Origin: Gemmatimonadota bacterium
GTDB lineage: Bacteria; Gemmatimonadota; Gemmatimonadetes; Gemmatimonadales; GWC2-71-9
NCBI GenBank assembly: GCA_016199245.1
Contig: JACQHC010000054.1
Coordinates: 1 to 53,907 of the forward strand
Reading direction: 5' to 3'
Length of the DNA: 53,907 nucleotides
Of this stretch, positions 49,849-53,907 are shown piece after piece. A program made the position numbers and the translations under genes. Numbering within the stretch: the stretch's first letter is position 1; each line of letters begins with the position of its first letter. The notes beneath the pieces were generated by a model. That model ran no database searches. It was not told where the DNA came from and saw nothing but the letters and a program-made list of their open reading frames with translations.

Positions 49849-51111
49849 ATGCGACCGGCGGTAATGACAGCGTTCGCCGTTGTGTTGGCGGTGATCGGCC
49901 CTGGACGGGGGTGGGCTCAGTCCGTCTCTCCTGGCCAAGCGGCCCTCCGACGGGCCCTCACGAGCCCGGCCGTGCTGGCAGCAATCGAAACCGTTAACAC
50001 CTCGGAAGCCCGCGCCGTCGAGACCCTGATCGCGCTCGGCTCGATCGTGTCGCCGTCAGGTCAGGAACACGACCGCGCCCGGTGGGTCGCCGAGCGCATG
50101 CGATCCATCGGCCTGCAGCAGGTGATGCTGGATTCCACGCCGAACGCCGTCGGCGTGATCCCCGGACGGTCGGGCAAGGAGATCGTGTTCGTTTCAACTC
50201 TCGATGATCTCCTCCCCGTTGCCGAGTTTCAGCGACAGGCGGGCCGACCACCACGCCGTGAGGGCGACCGAGTCCTCGGCCCCGGCACCAACACCTCCCT
50301 CACCACCGCTGCCATGCTCACCGCTGCGGAAGCCCTCGTGAAGTCCGGCGTTCAGCCGGAGCATGACCTCGTCTTCGCAGCGGTCGCACAAGAGGAGACG
50401 GGCCTCGTCGGCATGAAGGCGCTCTACCGGCAGCGGAAGGACAGGGCGATCGGCTTCGTGGATATCCTGGGCGACGGCCACGGTATCACCTATGGTGCGA
50501 TCACGATTCACTGGTGGAAGGTGGTGGCACGTGGTCCGGCGGGGCATTCGCTCGGCGGCGGACTTCCCAACGTCAACCAGGGAATTGGCCGTGCGGTGGA
50601 CCGAATCCTGGCCCTGCCGCAGCCGGAGCGATACCGGGATCGCCGCACGGTGATCAACGTGGCGCAGCTCCGGTCCGGTGAAGTCTACAACCACAAGCCC
50701 GCCGAGGGCTGGTTCTCCCTCGACATTCGCTCGCTCGACGCCGGCGTGGTCGAGGAGATCGAGCGGGACGTGCGGGCCATGCTCGACCGTGTCACCGAGG
50801 AGACGACGATCACGTTTGAGCTCGAGCCGTTCCAGCTGACGCCGGGCGGTCAGATTCCGGGGGCGCTGGACTCGCTCCTTGCGCAGGCCGCGATCGCCGT
50901 CTCACGCCACCTGGGCTACGAACCGACACTCTCCAACGCTGGCTCGGCGAACCTCAACGTGGCACTCGGCGCTGGATCGCTGGCCATCGGGCTGTCGGGC
51001 AGTCGCGGCGGGGCGCGAGGTCAGGCGGACGAGTGGGCCGACGTCCCGGGGCTCATGAACACAGCGCGCCACGTGTTGCTGCTCGCAGCGAGCGTGGCAG
51101 GAACCAGGTAG
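49849..51111 (+). CDS. M20-family metallopeptidase, secreted
   Basis: Signal peptide, M20-type catalytic and dimerisation layout (SGQEHDRA...AQEETGLVGM). GGAGG lies 6 nt upstream. Confidence 0.8.
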   Translation: MRPAVMTAFAVVLAVIGPGRGWAQSVSPGQAALRRALTSPAVLAAIETVNTSEARAVETLIALGSIVSPSGQEHDRARWVAERMRSIGLQQVMLDSTPNAVGVIPGRSGKEIVFVSTLDDLLPVAEFQRQAGRPPRREGDRVLGPGTNTSLTTAAMLTAAEALVKSGVQPEHDLVFAAVAQEETGLVGMKALYRQRKDRAIGFVDILGDGHGITYGAITIHWWKVVARGPAGHSLGGGLPNVNQGIGRAVDRILALPQPERYRDRRTVINVAQLRSGEVYNHKPAEGWFSLDIRSLDAGVVEEIERDVRAMLDRVTEETTITFELEPFQLTPGGQIPGALDSLLAQAAIAVSRHLGYEPTLSNAGSANLNVALGAGSLAIGLSGSRGGARGQADEWADVPGLMNTARHVLLLAASVAGTR

Positions 51112-51175
51112 CGAGGGCCCACGCCGCAGCGCACTCCCCGGACGCACCGGCCGCTGGCGGGACCGACGGGACGCG

Positions 51176-52732
51176 TCAGATGGGATCTGCCACACCCACC
51201 ATCTTCTTCGCTTCCCTTCCCCTGGGCAGCGCCTTGACCACTTGGGCCACCAGGTCCCAGGTCGGGAACCCTGGCGCGCCACCGTCAAGCCCTCGGCGCA
51301 CGATGACCAGGTCGTAAGACGGGACCACGATCGCGTATTGTCCCTGGGCGCCCGCCATCGTGTAGGCGTCCTGCGGCACGTCGGTCCGGGCATCCTGCAC
51401 CAGCCACCACGTCCCACCGTAGAAGTTGCCGAACCGCGCCGTCGCCGGGGCCGGTGTGCGCGAGAAGTCCACCCAGCTCTCCGGCAGAATCCGCTCGCCC
51501 TTCCACACGCCACGGTTGAGATACAGCAGGGCCAGTCGAGCCATGTCTCGCGCGTTGGTGTACACCTGGCTGCTCAACACGAAGTTGCCGAACCGGTCCA
51601 CGCCGGGCACGGTGTTGCGCATCCCGATTTTGTCGAACAGCTCGCGCCGGGGGTACTCGAGGTAATCGGCGTCGTTGCCGATCGCGCTCTTGAGCGCCAG
51701 CATGCCGAGCAGCGTGTCGTAGTTCTCGTAGTCCCACACGGTGCCGGGCTCGCGTACCAGGCCTCGGTCGCTCGCCTGATACGCTGAATTCCAGCCGCCG
51801 AAATAGGACAGCCCGGAGCCGATCGAGCCGCCGTACTCGTTGTCCACCGGATACAGGCCGCTCGACATGTTGAGCACATGGCGCAGTGTGAGTCGGTGCC
51901 GCGGATCGGGAGCTTCCGTGCGAATCGCGGGCGGCCACGGCTCCAGCGTGACCATGGGCATGCGGCTGCGGTGGCGATAGTGCAACTCGTTCACCTCGTC
52001 CGGCGGCCAGGTGATGGGAAGGGGCTCATCCAGCTTCAGCATCCCCTTCCCCACCGCGATGCCGATCAACGCGCCCGCTATTGATTTGGCGGCCGACCAC
52101 GTGCGCGTGCGCGTCCGGAAATCCACGCCGTCCGCATAGCGCTCGAACACGATGTCGCCCTTGTGGACCACGAGCAAACTCAAGGTCACCTGACCCGCGT
52201 GGCCGCCGTGCGCGACGCGGTCGAACGCCCAGCGGCCGGCAGCTTCGAGGCCCTCTCGGCTCACGCCAGAAGGGAGAGGTTCCCGCGGCACCACGTCGCC
52301 GTCGGGCCACGGGATCGTAGCCGGATCGCCTGGCAGGGGTGGTGTTCGAAGGACGGGCAAACCGTCGATGTCGTCCAGCGTCTGGTCCGGAGCCATCACC
52401 ACGCAGCCCAGTCCCTGACGCAGCGCCGCCCGCATAACCGGGATTCCGTCCCCGGCGCCGACGCCGACAGCCACCGCGCCCCGCGTTCGGTCAATCTGCA
52501 CGCGCTCGGGTGGCAGCGGCTGGCCACCCGCGGCACGCAGCTCGCCAGCGTAGATCTGTTCCAGCGTGCGGTGGGAGACGAACAGCCCGTTGCATGTGTG
52601 GAGCGCCTGGGCTCCGCGATCCACGAGGGTGTTGGTGAACGCGTGATAGTCGAAGCGGTCCTGGGCGGGCAACGGGCTGGCCATGAGGACGCCGAGCAGG
52701 CTGGCAGCGAAACCGCGGGCGAGCGTAGACAT
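51176..52732 (-). CDS. beta-lactamase-family serine hydrolase (class C / D-aminopeptidase-like), secreted
   Basis: S-x-x-K motif (WSAAKS) and a signal peptide from ATG 52732, which has GGAG 6 nt upstream. Confidence 0.85.
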   Translation of the reverse strand: MSTLARGFAASLLGVLMASPLPAQDRFDYHAFTNTLVDRGAQALHTCNGLFVSHRTLEQIYAGELRAAGGQPLPPERVQIDRTRGAVAVGVGAGDGIPVMRAALRQGLGCVVMAPDQTLDDIDGLPVLRTPPLPGDPATIPWPDGDVVPREPLPSGVSREGLEAAGRWAFDRVAHGGHAGQVTLSLLVVHKGDIVFERYADGVDFRTRTRTWSAAKSIAGALIGIAVGKGMLKLDEPLPITWPPDEVNELHYRHRSRMPMVTLEPWPPAIRTEAPDPRHRLTLRHVLNMSSGLYPVDNEYGGSIGSGLSYFGGWNSAYQASDRGLVREPGTVWDYENYDTLLGMLALKSAIGNDADYLEYPRRELFDKIGMRNTVPGVDRFGNFVLSSQVYTNARDMARLALLYLNRGVWKGERILPESWVDFSRTPAPATARFGNFYGGTWWLVQDARTDVPQDAYTMAGAQGQYAIVVPSYDLVIVRRGLDGGAPGFPTWDLVAQVVKALPRGREAKKMVGVADPI

Positions 52733-52841
52733 AAGGTTCTCCGGAGCGAGCGGGGACACAGCCTATTCTATGGCGTCGGGTCGGGTTCACGACAGGCTTG
52801 ACCGGCAGGCCCGAAGCCGACAGAATTGCCACTCCGCCGGC

Positions 52842-53036
52842 TCACCAATCGAGCGCCTCCACGCGGAGCCGGTGACCCTCGGATTGGATCGCTGCCCCGT
52901 GGAGCCTCGCCATCTTCCCCACGGTGCACTCCGCGGCGGCGCGGGTCCTGCTGGGCCGGGGACCGGTGAACGAATCGAACGCGGTGTGCTCGTCGGAATC
53001 GTGCGGACGAGCCACCGCAGAGAACGCAGAGACCAC
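52842..53036 (-). CDS. possible small hypothetical protein (64 aa)
   Basis: Only a GC3-rich open frame with a GTG start. No recognisable family and no convincing RBS. Confidence 0.2.
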   Translation of the reverse strand: MVSAFSAVARPHDSDEHTAFDSFTGPRPSRTRAAAECTVGKMARLHGAAIQSEGHRLRVEALDW

Positions 53037-53058
53037 GTGGAAAGGTCAGGGTTGGAGA

Positions 53059-53907
53059 ATGAGCGGCGTACGGGTCTTGGTTGGTACTCGCAAGGGCGCG
53101 TTTGTCCTGACGTCAGACGGGACGCGCAAGCGGTGGAAGATCAGCGGCCCCCATTTCGGCGGCTGGGAGATTTACCACGTCAAGGGATCGCCCGCTGATC
53201 CCAACCGGCTGTACGCGTCGCAAACGAGTGGCTGGTTCGGGCAGGTGATGCAGCGCTCCAATGACGGCGGCAAGACGTGGGAGACGGTGGGGAACAAGTT
53301 CGAGTACGACGGCGTCCCCGGCACGCACCAGTGGTACGACGGCACGCCGCATCCCTGGGAGTTCAAGCGGGTCTGGCACTTGGAGCCGTCGCTCGACGAT
53401 CCCGACACCGTCTACGCAGGAGTGGAAGACGCCGCCCTGTTTCGCACGACAGACGGCGGGAAGACGTGGCAGGAGCTGGCCGGACTGCGCGGGCACGGCT
53501 CAGGGGCTCGTTGGGCGCCTGGGGCCGGCGGCATGTGCCTGCACACGATCTTGCTCGACCCGCGTGACGCCGGGCGCATGTACATCGCAATTTCATCCGC
53601 GGGCGCCTTCAAGAGCGAGGACGCGGGCCAAACGTGGCGGCCGATCAACCGCGGACTGAAGTCCGAATACATCCCCGACCCGACGGCCGAGGTGGGTCAT
53701 TGCGTGCACCGCATCGCGATGCACGCGTCGCGCCCCAACGTGCTGTTCATGCAGAAGCACTGGGACGTGATGCGCAGCGACGACACGGGCGAGTCGTGGC
53801 ACGAGGTGAGCGGCAATCTGCCGACGGACTTCGGCTTTGCGATCGACGTGCACGCGCACGAGCCGGAGACCATCTACGTCTTCCCCATCAAGAGCGACTC
53901 GGAGCAC
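53059..53907 (+). CDS. 3'-truncated CDS: cytoplasmic BNR/Asp-box (exo-alpha-sialidase-like) repeat protein
   Basis: Frame open from ATG 53059 to the window end (283 codons), so it is absent from the stop-bounded ORF track. Translation starts [21 protein letters not shown]... and contains the Asp-box motifs [24 protein letters not shown] and SDDTGESW. Confidence 0.75.
   Translation, partial: MSGVRVLVGTRKGAFVLTSDGTRKRWKISGPHFGGWEIYHVKGSPADPNRLYASQTSGWFGQVMQRSNDGGKTWETVGNKFEYDGVPGTHQWYDGTPHPWEFKRVWHLEPSLDDPDTVYAGVEDAALFRTTDGGKTWQELAGLRGHGSGARWAPGAGGMCLHTILLDPRDAGRMYIAISSAGAFKSEDAGQTWRPINRGLKSEYIPDPTAEVGHCVHRIAMHASRPNVLFMQKHWDVMRSDDTGESWHEVSGNLPTDFGFAIDVHAHEPETIYVFPIKSDSEH

Overview
High-GC (roughly 68%) chromosomal segment. 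The gene content (secreted BNR/sortilin-like propeller proteins, many secreted peptidases, a Ser/Thr kinase with a long helical-repeat tail) suggests a Gemmatimonadota- or Acidobacteriota-like soil bacterium; that placement is inference only. I can support about 45 protein genes. They include the glyoxylate shunt (aceB-aceA), a beta-carbonic anhydrase, an archaeal-type HMG-CoA synthase/thiolase/DUF35 operon, six or seven peptidases and amidohydrolases, glutamate dehydrogenase, Ada, an IorAB-type molybdoenzyme, queF and queC-queE, and two toxin-antitoxin-like pairs (Phd/YefM with a zeta-like ATPase, and HEPN with a nucleotidyltransferase). No rRNA, tRNA, CRISPR array, transposase or integrase was seen.

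The items most worth a second look:
1. A Cys-studded MarR regulator is followed by an unlisted 15-codon tetracysteine micro-ORF (MGNWDCCPPGCCGGD) with a textbook Shine-Dalgarno site.
2. A 984-aa UvrD-family helicase carries a DEDDh exonuclease nested between helicase motifs IV and V.
3. A dispersed family of intergenic elements is built from three tandem 10-nt units (core RTCGSC), arranged as inverted or direct pairs.
4. The Phd/zeta promoter has a perfect 16-bp palindrome lying between its -35 and -10 boxes.
5. An EamA transporter encodes its first transmembrane helix upstream of any canonical start codon.
6. Two decayed gene fragments, an unlisted 58-aa ORF and an open-ended CDS at the window edge are all absent from the ORF track.

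Most long ORFs antisense to real genes are GC-driven shadows and were rejected.
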